DNA of 64,000 bases from Candidatus Latescibacterota bacterium (lineage in GTDB: Bacteria; Latescibacterota; UBA2968). The stretch is taken from the NCBI GenBank assembly GCA_965222605.1, contig OZ244960.1, positions 3,360,001 to 3,424,000 of the forward strand, in the 5' to 3' direction. A program made the position numbers and the translations under genes. Of this stretch, positions 1 through 9,260 are shown piece by piece (position 1 is the stretch's first letter; each line of letters opens with the position of its first letter). Under the pieces are notes generated by a model. The model was not told where the DNA came from. It worked only from the letters and a program-made list of their open reading frames with translations, and did no database searches.

Positions 1-1053
1 ATTGATGAGGCGCAAGAGAGTTCTGTGCTGGGTGGATTTGTGCGGTTTATGAAAGAAAAATGGCAGCACACACCGGTTATTCTTACGGGCAGTTCTATGT
101 CGCGCATCTTTGGGCCAGAGACGCGCTTTCCCGTTGGAAGAGTCACGCGATTTTTGCTGCAACCCTTCAGTTTTAGAGAGTTTCTTCGCTGTGGCAAAGA
201 GGAAGAATTGCTCGCTTTTGAAGATCTCTTTCAGATACCCCTGTTCTTACATGAACGCCTTCTCAAATACGTGCAGTCGTATCTCAATGTGGGAGGGCTA
301 CCGGCGGTTGCGTCATCGTTTTTTGACCAGATGGATTGGCGGCAGTTGCGTCGGGATTTGTATCTCGACTATCGCAGTGATTTTGCCAGAATTTTTTCGG
401 CAACTGAAGCATCTTTATTCGATCAGTGTTTGCGCGGTGTGGCATCAAATCTCGGTAGCCCGAGCAAGTACGCACAGATGGTTCGGACCACATCTGCTCT
501 TTACAGGAGAGTACCGGATTTTCTGGCGTTACTCGAGTCGTGGAAACTGATTTACAAGTCCAATATCCAGGGCACGCGCCCAGAGCAGCAGGGTTTTTCG
601 CCCAAACGCTATCTTTACGATCCGGGATTGGCCAATGATTTGCGACTGACTGCGCTGCCGCGTATCGATATTCTCTCAAGTCTCGATGCCGCCCATCGCA
701 CGCCCCTTGGGGGTATTATCGAGAATATGCTGGCGACTGAACTCGTGGCGTTGGGACAGGATTTGACGGGTTGGAAAAAAGGCGTCAATAGTTCCGAAGT
801 CGATTTTATTTTTCGCACGGCATTGGGCGATACCATACCCATCGAATGCAAAGCGTCGCTTGTTACAAGACCGCGAGATACAGGTGGTCTGTCAGAATAC
901 GCTGCGCGACATGAGAGCAAGTTGGGCGTTCTGGTCAATCTCGACATACCGGGAAAACTCACGACATCTACAGGGCTAAACGCGATCCACATACCGATTT
1001 ATCTGATTGATCGGCTTGCTGAAGTAATAGAAGGCGAGATGAAAAGTTCTTAA
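1..1053 (+). CDS. AAA+ ATPase with C-terminal DUF4143 (5' partial)
   Basis: Frame open from base 1 (IDEAQ Walker B); LTGSS, GGLP, KRYLYDPGL, EVDF...IECK motifs typical of AAA_14-DUF4143 proteins. Confidence 0.85.
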   Translation: MDEAQESSVLGGFVRFMKEKWQHTPVILTGSSMSRIFGPETRFPVGRVTRFLLQPFSFREFLRCGKEEELLAFEDLFQIPLFLHERLLKYVQSYLNVGGLPAVASSFFDQMDWRQLRRDLYLDYRSDFARIFSATEASLFDQCLRGVASNLGSPSKYAQMVRTTSALYRRVPDFLALLESWKLIYKSNIQGTRPEQQGFSPKRYLYDPGLANDLRLTALPRIDILSSLDAAHRTPLGGIIENMLATELVALGQDLTGWKKGVNSSEVDFIFRTALGDTIPIECKASLVTRPRDTGGLSEYAARHESKLGVLVNLDIPGKLTTSTGLNAIHIPIYLIDRLAEVIEGEMKSS

Positions 1054-1114
1054 TCATTAATCAACCCTATCAATAAAGCTGTCATTACAATCAATCGGGG
1101 CCATCAACAGCGCC

Positions 1115-1250
1115 GTCATTGCGGCATGGTATAAACTGGCCTGGGGAGCGGCCAGTTATGCTCGAATTACTCGCCTTCATACCCCGTCGTAGGGGACGGT
1201 CCCCGTGCTGTCCCGTGTGTCATCGCGGCATGACTTTAGCCGCGATCCAG
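1115..1250. repeat. Cluster of short palindromic intergenic repeats (GTCAT(T/C)GCGGCATG-N-TTAGCCGCGATCCAG family plus a GTAG-type REP)
   Basis: Half copy at 1115-1130, full copy at 1219-1250, hairpin AACTGGCC/GGCCAGTT at 1134-1157, GTAGGGGACGG...CTGTCCC at 1189-1214. Confidence 0.7.
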
Positions 1251-1310
1251 CATGCATAATTATTGAGATTGATTGCTATATTCAGACAGTATTTAAAAAT
1301 CACCGTGTTA

Positions 1311-1964
1311 TCAAGGAATAAGTTTTTCAGGATCGTCAGCCGGTATAGGAATGGAACCGAGTTCTATAAGGTGGGCGTTATCAGGTGAGTTCAGAGCAAA
1401 TACCGGCTTGTCTTGAGCGAGCGCGTCCTTGCATAGCGTCTCTGTTTTGCCGCCCGGTTCCGCATGGGCGATAAGGATGCGGTCGGCGAGTGCGGCGATG
1501 TGTGCGTTGCGCTGGACTGCTATGGCTGAGGTCGGGCGATGGATGTTGCCGTTGAAAAAGGAAAGGATTAGCATGCGTCCTTCGGCGAGCGGTTTCTTCC
1601 AGTTTTTCGGAGTTCGCATGCGGTTGAGTCCCCGCGCCGGGCAGACGACAACGGGTGCCGTGCCCCGCAACAGGAGATCCAGGCATTCCTTTTCCATTGG
1701 TGACTGAAAACCGCCGATGATCGTCGCGTCTGTATCTCGGAGTGATCGTGCAAGGTCGTAGGTCTTAAGGATTGCGTCTCCAGGAGAGCGCACCGAGCAG
1801 AAGAAGCCGAGCAATGTACTGTCGAGTACATTGAGGTTCCCCTGCGCTGTGACCGTCAATAGCTGCCCATCATTCGAACAACGCTGTAATGCCGCTGGAT
1901 AGTCAGGAGTATCGGGCATTAGAAGTATTTTGTTCTCAGGATTCATAGCAAATTTATGAATCAA
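1311..1964 (-). CDS. DprA/Smf-like SLOG-domain protein (short, no C-terminal wHTH)
   Basis: GNL, LGFFCS, IIGGFQS, QRNAHIAALAD, AEPGGKT motifs of the DNA_processg_A/SLOG fold. Confidence 0.75.
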   Translation of the reverse strand: MIHKFAMNPENKILLMPDTPDYPAALQRCSNDGQLLTVTAQGNLNVLDSTLLGFFCSVRSPGDAILKTYDLARSLRDTDATIIGGFQSPMEKECLDLLLRGTAPVVVCPARGLNRMRTPKNWKKPLAEGRMLILSFFNGNIHRPTSAIAVQRNAHIAALADRILIAHAEPGGKTETLCKDALAQDKPVFALNSPDNAHLIELGSIPIPADDPEKLIP

Positions 1965-2179
1965 CTGATCTCGCCGGTTGAGTTGTCTTCAAAGACGACC
2001 TTTTTAAACGTTTCTGGATCATCCAGCCGCTTCATGGCGTCGAGAATTTCGATGCCCGCGAGGCGGTCTGCCTCATCGTAATCCAGCGCAATTCCGTCTT
2101 CGAGATGTTTCGTTGTCACGGTTGTTTCTTTGAAGCAAATGTACAGTGCATCCACTTCCCGGTCATAAGATATTTTCAT
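1961..2179 (-). CDS. DUF2283-family antitoxin
   Basis: MKISYDREVDALYI...GIALDYD...LAGIEILDA signature. Confidence 0.85.
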   Translation of the reverse strand: MKISYDREVDALYICFKETTVTTKHLEDGIALDYDEADRLAGIEILDAMKRLDDPETFKKVVFEDNSTGEIS

Positions 2180-2280
2180 TGTTTTCTTCTCAAAAAATAG
2201 GTGACTACTGCATCAGGATAAAAAGGGCTGTCCATATCGATCTTGCGCTTGTCATTACGGGCGTTGTACGTACGCTTATC

Positions 2281-2334
2281 GTCATTGCGGCATGGTTTTA
2301 GCCGCCACGCCGAAGGCACAACGAAGTAATCCAG
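2281..2334. repeat. Copy of GTCATTGCGGC palindromic repeat interrupted by 22 extra bases
   Basis: GTCATTGCGGCATGGTTTTAGCCGC [CACGCCGAAGGCACAACGAAGT] AATCCAG compared with copies at 1219 and 36478. Confidence 0.65.
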
Positions 2335-2350
2335 AAGGTTTTGGTTGTTA

Positions 2351-2617
2351 TTACTGACGTTGCGCGGCGTCGTACCATGCCTGCATTCGCAATAGTGTGT
2401 CCATCCTGATGCCGAAGGCTTTCTCAATACGCAGTGCCATCTCAGCAGATAAGGTGGTATTGCTGTTCAGCAGGTCGGAAAGGATGGCTCGATGCACGCC
2501 CAGAATCTCGGCTGTCCTCGCGACGCTCAATCCCAATTCCTCGACAATTTCCGTGCGGATGAAATCGCCGGGATGCGAAGGCGTCATGGTTATATTAATG
2601 CCGTTGTCAGCCATCAT
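2351..2617 (-). CDS. higA: HigA-family antitoxin (HTH), no adjacent HigB
   Basis: PSHPGDFIR...LS.LLN...LSAEMALRIEKAFG...LLRMQAWYD. Confidence 0.85.
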   Translation of the reverse strand: MMADNGINITMTPSHPGDFIRTEIVEELGLSVARTAEILGVHRAILSDLLNSNTTLSAEMALRIEKAFGIRMDTLLRMQAWYDAAQRQ

Positions 2618-2632
2618 TGTATATTCCTCAAA

Positions 2633-4516
2633 TCATTTGTTGCCTCCGATTCCCATTTCGGTCAGGAACTGGGACGGTGCCTTCGGGTATCCGTAGTACT
2701 GTGTAGATCTCGTGAGTGTCAGCGTTTCCTCAACTCGCGTGATGGCTACGAAGCAGTTTCTCCGCTCCTCTTCAACCTCCTGGCTCGTTTCCCCCTTTTG
2801 CAGTGCGTAATATGATGGGAGTACCTCTTGTGCCATGCCAATTAAATAGACATGCTTGAACTCTAGGCCCTTCGCGCCATGCATGGTCATACAGCGCACG
2901 GCGTTCGGCCCTGGACGAGGTGTTTTCGAAGTGAGATCCATCTGTTGAAGATAGGCATTTAAGGTCAAGTTGCCGTGATTATACTCGCGGACGATCTCGT
3001 CATGCAGATTTTGCCAGGTCGTCACCTCATCGGCGACATCCCGGTCATTTTTTTCCCTCCACAATTGCCAGCCCTGATGGAGGAACCAATCGATAATTTC
3101 CAGAAAGGCGAGTGAATCCACGAGGTCTGAACGAATGCGAGTTAATGCGGCACATCCTGTTGTATCTGTAGATGCCGCATCAGCCCACGCACGCAGGAAA
3201 TCTCCACCCACAAGCACGGCATCTGCGACCACATCGTCAACCTCAAGCGTCTGCCCGGACAGCTTCTTCCACGCGAGACAGAGCCGTCGCAGGATATCGC
3301 GGTCGTGGCGCCCATTGGCTAAACGAAGGGCCTCGACCATCACACACACGGAAGCCGACTCGAAGTCGCTCTTTTGTCGCGCCAGATATGCTTCATAACC
3401 AGCATCGCGCAGAGCGTCTGCTGCACGCTCAATCAACTTCACGGATCGCCCCAGGACCACGCACTCCTCACCTCGGAGATCACGAGCATGAATATCTATC
3501 GGAATGAACGCCGCTTCTTTTTCTGGCGACGCGAAGGCACCATAGCGAACAGGGTTGCTATTCAGGCCCATCCTGGATCGAGCTGTGATGGGTGTCTTGC
3601 CCTGAGTGCGCATGCGATTATGAGCAATGAGGCGATTGGCAAGCTTGATGATGGGCGCGGGACAACGATAGCATTCTGGAAGTTGGATCACATCCATCTC
3701 GTAGTCCCGCTGTAGATGCGCGAGCCGTTCTGGACTTGCGCCATTCCATTGATAGATGATCTGATCGTCGTCCCCGACCACGAAGAGGTTGTGTCGCTTA
3801 TCGGGTGCAATCAGCCGGAGCAAATCGTATTGTGCTTTGTTGGTGTCTTGGAACTCATCAACACAAACGTGGGTCCAACCAATTCGCACCACTCGTGCGA
3901 CGCCAGGCTTCTCTTCCAAAAGCTGTCGAGCGAAGTGAAGCAAACTTCCGAAGTCGAGCCGGTTACTGGCTAAGAGAGTATCGCAGTAGCTCACAAAGAG
4001 ATGTGGGAGCCAATCCGGCGTGTGAATAAGCGATGGCGCGTCTCCGCACCCGTCATAGGACTCCGCAAAAAGGCGTTCAATGAGGCTGAGGAGATTTTTG
4101 CGATCCGTCGGCAATGGCGTTTCATAATCGGGCAAACCAGCTATAACCTCGTCGAGGATGGCGATTTGGTCCTGGTCTTGCGTGATCAAACTAAAGTCGG
4201 GCCGTAGTCCCAAATGACTTCCGTGCTGACGCAGTATAGCGGCTGCAAAGGAATGAAATGTGTGCAAACGAGCGCGACTTGTGCGTTCGCCGAGAAGCGC
4301 ATCTACGCGCTCGCGCATCTCGACGGTAGCCTTGTTCGTAAAGGTGAGCGCGAGTGCTGCCACGTCCTCGCGTTCTTCAAGCAATCGTGCGACGCGGAAT
4401 GTTAAGACGCGCGTCTTGCCAGAACCCGGACCCGCCAGGACCAGAAGCGGTCCGCTGTTCCACGATACGGCAGTGCGCTGATTCTCATTGAGGCCATTGA
4501 GATCAATCGGCATCAT
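2633..4516 (-). CDS. gajB: UvrD-like helicase, Gabija B
   Basis: AGPGSGKT, VDEFQD, VGDDDQIIY, TMHGAKGLEF, EERRNCFVAITR; overlaps the stop of an OLD nuclease. Confidence 0.85.
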   Translation of the reverse strand: MMPIDLNGLNENQRTAVSWNSGPLLVLAGPGSGKTRVLTFRVARLLEEREDVAALALTFTNKATVEMRERVDALLGERTSRARLHTFHSFAAAILRQHGSHLGLRPDFSLITQDQDQIAILDEVIAGLPDYETPLPTDRKNLLSLIERLFAESYDGCGDAPSLIHTPDWLPHLFVSYCDTLLASNRLDFGSLLHFARQLLEEKPGVARVVRIGWTHVCVDEFQDTNKAQYDLLRLIAPDKRHNLFVVGDDDQIIYQWNGASPERLAHLQRDYEMDVIQLPECYRCPAPIIKLANRLIAHNRMRTQGKTPITARSRMGLNSNPVRYGAFASPEKEAAFIPIDIHARDLRGEECVVLGRSVKLIERAADALRDAGYEAYLARQKSDFESASVCVMVEALRLANGRHDRDILRRLCLAWKKLSGQTLEVDDVVADAVLVGGDFLRAWADAASTDTTGCAALTRIRSDLVDSLAFLEIIDWFLHQGWQLWREKNDRDVADEVTTWQNLHDEIVREYNHGNLTLNAYLQQMDLTSKTPRPGPNAVRCMTMHGAKGLEFKHVYLIGMAQEVLPSYYALQKGETSQEVEEERRNCFVAITRVEETLTLTRSTQYYGYPKAPSQFLTEMGIGGNK

Positions 4517-6198
4517 GTACCTCCTGCCAGTGAGATAACCTTATCCAATACATCGCGAATCTCTTTCGTCACGCCTTGTACGCCACGCTGTTCCATTTCG
4601 ACTGCCACATCTGCTGCCGCACGGGTCTTAGCCCTTCCTGGGAGGTTTTTAGCATACTCGGTCCAGTAGTCTGGATCACCTATCTGTTTTTTTACTTTAG
4701 ACAGATTTTGAACGGGCATGTAAGGCGCATAGATCTTGTCGTATCCGTTGCCGAGAAGATGACTCTCGATGTCAATGTACGGGAAGATGAGCCGGTCCGT
4801 CTCACTCGCCCCGTTCAAATTTGCCTTCACCTTCCGCTCGGTATTCCTGCGCTCCGTATCGTCGTCCCCAACGCAGTACCACTCGATACCTAACGCGTTC
4901 GCGATCTTCGTCAGCAGGCCAACATCGGTCTGTCTGTATTCGACTACTCTCACACCTTCTCGGTGAAGATCTTTGTCAAGCGCACGGGCCGCGGCAGGAT
5001 AGATCCAGGCCTCGGTCTCTCCTTCCACCAGTAGCCAGCAGCGTGCGAAGAGCAATTCGCCGCGTGCCAGCCGGATGTGATAGTTGAACTTCCGCTTCTC
5101 TTCGTCCGACAGGAGATCCGCTGGTATCTGGAAGGCCGAGACGCCATCCGACGTACGCGAGAGGCGGCGAATATGATGGATGTCGGTCTCTGCAAGCAGG
5201 TCACCGCTGTGTGTCGAGATCAACTTCTGTCCTGAAAAATCGCGGACTAAGTGCCAAAGTGCTCGCACGGCCGAAGGATGCAGGTGGGCCTCCGGTTCCT
5301 CCAGTGCCACAATCGGGTCCCTGTCCGGCGACAATTTGAGAAAGGCTGAGAACAACATCAGCACTGCAAGGCTCTGCGTCCCTTCCCCGTGCCGTCCCAC
5401 AGGAATTTTCGCCTCGGTCATCGTCCCCAAATGAATCTGGGCTTTGGCCAGCATGTCGAACATACGCCCAGGGACGGCTTCAATCGAGACGACATCGCCT
5501 GATGTCAAGGGAACCACATCTTGCACCTGGCGGAGTGCCGTTCGGACTTGTCCAAAGCTGGCATGCGAATCAACGACGAGTTCATTGACCTCGCGCAATT
5601 TCTGCTCAATTTCCGTTTTCTTTTCGACCGGAAGTTGGGTGTTTTGCAGAAATGGCCGCCAGAACGGGCCACTCGCATCGAAGTGGTGCGCTGCATCGCG
5701 AAGAGCGGTCAGATAGCAATAGAAAACTTCTTGCTGGATTCCCACGAGTGCTTGAGGTCCCACGTTGGTCAGAGGCTCTCGATTCGGGTTTAGAAATGAC
5801 CACTCCTGTGCGAAATCCTGGCTGGCCGAATCGTATTTGCAGGTCACTTGCAGGAGCACATGGTTGCGGCCGTCGTCTCCGACCTGAAGAATCCCGTTCC
5901 GATTGAGGCGACCGATTAGTTGATCGTTCCACTCGCCCGTCTTTTGTTCAGAGAATGAGATTTCGATCCGGATTGGCTCTGCGGAGGAAGGCTCCGCGTC
6001 TGCATCGGATAAGTGGAAGTCGAGCGCATCAAAGACGACACGCCGCGAGCTGAGGTCTCGGAGACAGAGTCGCAAGGCGTCAAGCACAGCGGTCTTGCCC
6101 GAGTTGTTCTCGCCGATTAGCACCGTAATTTCGTCAAATTTCAGTTCGAGTTGCTTGATGCCACGGAAGTTCTCTATACGGACGGCTGTGACTCTCAT
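4513..6198 (-). CDS. gajA: OLD-family ABC ATPase-TOPRIM nuclease, Gabija A
   Basis: IENFRGI, GENNSGKT, LEEPEAHLHP, STHS, TOPRIM LLVEGETE and GDDD; paired with a UvrD helicase. Confidence 0.87.
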   Translation of the reverse strand: MRVTAVRIENFRGIKQLELKFDEITVLIGENNSGKTAVLDALRLCLRDLSSRRVVFDALDFHLSDADAEPSSAEPIRIEISFSEQKTGEWNDQLIGRLNRNGILQVGDDGRNHVLLQVTCKYDSASQDFAQEWSFLNPNREPLTNVGPQALVGIQQEVFYCYLTALRDAAHHFDASGPFWRPFLQNTQLPVEKKTEIEQKLREVNELVVDSHASFGQVRTALRQVQDVVPLTSGDVVSIEAVPGRMFDMLAKAQIHLGTMTEAKIPVGRHGEGTQSLAVLMLFSAFLKLSPDRDPIVALEEPEAHLHPSAVRALWHLVRDFSGQKLISTHSGDLLAETDIHHIRRLSRTSDGVSAFQIPADLLSDEEKRKFNYHIRLARGELLFARCWLLVEGETEAWIYPAAARALDKDLHREGVRVVEYRQTDVGLLTKIANALGIEWYCVGDDDTERRNTERKVKANLNGASETDRLIFPYIDIESHLLGNGYDKIYAPYMPVQNLSKVKKQIGDPDYWTEYAKNLPGRAKTRAAADVAVEMEQRGVQGVTKEIRDVLDKVISLAGGT

Positions 6199-6296
6199 GC
6201 AGTGCTCCCAACATCAAGCTGGACTACGGCAATGAGATTGGCACATCGTTTTTTGAACTCATTGATAGTCAAATCGGCAATTTGGGGTTTGGTCAT
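6195..6296 (-). CDS. 33-aa micro-ORF overlapping the gajA start (possible antitoxin remnant or leader)
   Basis: MTKPQIADLTINEFKKRCANLIAVVQLDVGSTA*, AGAGG RBS, ATGA overlap with gajA. Confidence 0.35.
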   Translation of the reverse strand: MTKPQIADLTINEFKKRCANLIAVVQLDVGSTA

Positions 6297-6487
6297 CTAT
6301 CATCCTCTTAGTTTAAGCACTCAGTGAGATATGCTTTTTTTCATACCTCGGAACGCAATGTTTGCATAGATCCTCAGTTTTTTCTTCTCTTTTCGCTGTC
6401 AACCATGAGTTATCATCTTCCAAATTTAATAAAAATCCCGCGCTGAGACCACCAGATGGAGTTTTATAAGGCAGTGTAAGCCAACTG

Positions 6488-7159
6488 TCAAAATCCATCA
6501 TCAAACCCTACAGATGACGAGATAATACCATTGTAAGACAAACTGCATAAAGCGCATTCTACAACGATTTTCTTTCCTTTCCATTTCACAATGGTTTCTT
6601 TTTCCGGCGTGACGGCAGAGTAAACAACGTAATCGCCTTTAAGAGGTGCCTGCATGATTAGATCAATCCATTCATCAGCATTGCCCAATCTGGGTGAAAA
6701 AAGATTTCCCATATCAAATAAAAGGTTATCATCGTTTTTGACAGCCGTACTACGAAAATATACCCGATAGATAGCACCGTGCTCATCATAATACATGAAC
6801 GGCTCTGCATTTTGGAAAACATAATCCTGTGTGTGAGAATCGAATGAATGCTCTATGTTCATGAAAGAGACATTATGACGTGAAGTAATAAACAACAAAA
6901 TGAGATCTGAATTATTGGCAAACCAAACCAAAACCGGGGATTTTCTATTGCCAAAATTGCTCATATAATAGGCAACTTGAGCTGTCAAATAGCTATCTAA
7001 ATTTATTCTCTGTTCACGTGCATCTTGAATAGCACTGTCGAACGGAATAGCGTAACCATAGCCGCTTATGCCCTTTCCAGGCAAAATAGAATCAATGATG
7101 CTTGGGGGTCTCCCGAAGGACTCAATAATGCAGATCTTCTCTAAATCCAGATTAATCAT
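6488..7159 (-). CDS. Hypothetical protein, AT-rich, in defence island
   Basis: 223-aa ORF with GAGG RBS; no motif recognised. Confidence 0.6.
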   Translation of the reverse strand: MINLDLEKICIIESFGRPPSIIDSILPGKGISGYGYAIPFDSAIQDAREQRINLDSYLTAQVAYYMSNFGNRKSPVLVWFANNSDLILLFITSRHNVSFMNIEHSFDSHTQDYVFQNAEPFMYYDEHGAIYRVYFRSTAVKNDDNLLFDMGNLFSPRLGNADEWIDLIMQAPLKGDYVVYSAVTPEKETIVKWKGKKIVVECALCSLSYNGIISSSVGFDDGF

Positions 7160-7216
7160 GTCAATACCTCTTGCTGATTGTCACTACTATCCGACTAATT
7201 CAGGTCGGATAGTAGG

Positions 7217-8101
7217 TCAATTTGGAGCCTTTTCATCAGCTTCTGCCAGAAATACAATAGCTGATGCTGTCATGTGTAACATATACGCAACAAGGTAATC
7301 TGGCACGGCTTCCGGAGTTGTACCTTGACCATGCCCGCTCAATTTGTTGCGTCCGGTAGGTACACTACTCTCCAAAAGGCTTCGCAGAGACGAATAGTGC
7401 GATTGCCAAAACGGTGGGATAAGCCCGTTATCAAAACAAACCTGAATCAAGGGCTTTGCGGTTGCGTTGTTACTGTAACTCCATCTTCTTTTGTCGCAAA
7501 TTGCTTTCATTACGCTCTCGAATGCTTTTAGACATTCGTTGAGGGCTTCTTTGGCATTTCCTTTTCGATAGTGTTCGTGCGCTTTTAAGAACTCCTGTTG
7601 TGCTCCGGCATATTGCTTTTGACCGAGCAATCTGAGCGCAGGCTTAACAATTTCAGTGTGAGTGAACTCAGAGTCGATGCGGATAATTTGCCCGTTTGTG
7701 AATTGATAGCCAACGCCATGCTCCTTAAATCTTTGATTTAATTCTTTTCTTGCTTCATCGGCTCTTTCTGGGACATAGCGATGTTCTATATACCGAAATG
7801 ACAACTCTACTGCATCAAGAGCCTTTTCGATATTTTCTTCTTCTAAAAAGAATTCAAAAAGTTCGGCTTGATAATCTCTTATACCTGTATAGACTGATGA
7901 ACTCATATCAGCCAAAACAAAAACGCCATATTCACGGCACAGAGTATCGACTATGAATTTATATTCCCCTTGAAGAATATCTCTCCAGATGTGAACTATC
8001 TGCACTCTGAGAGAATGGGGAAGGTCATCATAAACATAGACATCAGGCATCTCCCCCCGCAGTCTCTTTTGACGCTTCGAGAATAAATCAAATATCGGCA
8101 A
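7217..8101 (-). CDS. AbiJ-like abortive infection protein (STM4504/CBY_0614 family, C-terminal HEPN)
   Basis: N-term LFSKRQKRLRG.MPDVYVYD, ELNQRFKEHGVGY, HEPN-like RNKLSGH; GGAGG RBS, TTG start. Confidence 0.8.
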   Translation of the reverse strand: MPIFDLFSKRQKRLRGEMPDVYVYDDLPHSLRVQIVHIWRDILQGEYKFIVDTLCREYGVFVLADMSSSVYTGIRDYQAELFEFFLEEENIEKALDAVELSFRYIEHRYVPERADEARKELNQRFKEHGVGYQFTNGQIIRIDSEFTHTEIVKPALRLLGQKQYAGAQQEFLKAHEHYRKGNAKEALNECLKAFESVMKAICDKRRWSYSNNATAKPLIQVCFDNGLIPPFWQSHYSSLRSLLESSVPTGRNKLSGHGQGTTPEAVPDYLVAYMLHMTASAIVFLAEADEKAPN

Positions 8102-8248
8102 GACTAATGCCTCCTTCCCTCATTCTTTGCTACTCTGATTACCCAACCCCATACGACACTTGATGTCGTATTTCACGATAAAATCAGTTTCTTCGTCGGT
8201 GAAACTATAGCGTTATTCACTTCTTTGCTTTCGGGAAATAGCACTGTC

Positions 8249-9241
8249 TCACCCCTCCAACCCAACCCCTCGAGTGATATTCCCGAGAATGAGATTATTT
8301 GGTTCAGGAAACAAATTATAATTATCGGGTAGGAGCAGTTCTCTTTCAAGTTGCTGTTCGTACCACCGCAGTCCACCGGTTCTGCCCATTTTTCTTAAAT
8401 GCTCGACCCTGGCGGAGTTCACATGGATTGAGTAGTCATCCTCGACATAGAGTAATCCTGTATCGAACGAGCGATGATGCAGAGTGCAAAGGGCCAAGCC
8501 ATTGCTGATCTTATTAGACCCTTTTGGGTGGGCATGTGGAACAATGTGAGCAGCCTCTACAAGGTCTAACTGTATCCCGCACATTGCACACCCGTGGGAG
8601 TACGCTTCCAATACCTCTTGCCTGAACCGTGGGCTCCGAGGATACGCAGTGTGAGTTACTTGGATTTTCTGTCGGTTAACCTCAATTGGTTGCAAAAGGG
8701 GTTGTCCTAATGGGGTTTCACTATAGACTTCGAATATATGTCGCAATTCCTCATCAGTAGCTTGGTGGAGTGCTGTCGAGTTCTCCATATACAAACTGAG
8801 AAGATCGGGGCGAAACATGATCACATTTTGCCTATTGGTATCAGTATAAGTTGAGAATCCCTCTGCGTTAGCCTCTCGCAGGCGTGATAACCGAGTATAG
8901 ATAGAAACCTGTGTAACTTTCGGATTCCGAGCCAGAAATCTATTTGGATCCCATGCACTAAAGGCGTGTACGTCTGCGGAAAATCCTAATACGAATACCC
9001 TTTCTCCTCTTTTCCTTAGGTCGCGTAATGTCGCTGGCAAACGCCCTGGACATTGGATCCGGTATTCATCTGGATCAACACGCTGAGCAAAGTGAATATT
9101 GCCAACGAAAATATTAACGAATTCGTCTTTGAAGGAAAATCGGTACGGATTATTTCCATCTACAAAATAGACAGAGTCTGTATGCTGGCGAAAAGCGTCG
9201 TACAGCGCATGAAATAAGTCTGTTTTGTTTAGTATGTTCAT
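8249..9241 (-). CDS. HNH endonuclease with N-terminal methylase-associated-type domain
   Basis: FRQEVLEAY..CAMCG...EAAHIVP...NGLALCTLHHRSFDTG (HNH_2); N-terminal PDEYRIQ domain. Confidence 0.85.
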   Translation of the reverse strand: MNILNKTDLFHALYDAFRQHTDSVYFVDGNNPYRFSFKDEFVNIFVGNIHFAQRVDPDEYRIQCPGRLPATLRDLRKRGERVFVLGFSADVHAFSAWDPNRFLARNPKVTQVSIYTRLSRLREANAEGFSTYTDTNRQNVIMFRPDLLSLYMENSTALHQATDEELRHIFEVYSETPLGQPLLQPIEVNRQKIQVTHTAYPRSPRFRQEVLEAYSHGCAMCGIQLDLVEAAHIVPHAHPKGSNKISNGLALCTLHHRSFDTGLLYVEDDYSIHVNSARVEHLRKMGRTGGLRWYEQQLERELLLPDNYNLFPEPNNLILGNITRGVGLEG

Positions 9242-9260
9242 TTCAAATTATCCTCAAGAG

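Noticed and set aside
2176-2427. 83-aa ORF as an intact toxin
   Set aside because: Overlaps higA out of frame and runs through repeat DNA; at most the last few codons are a remnant.
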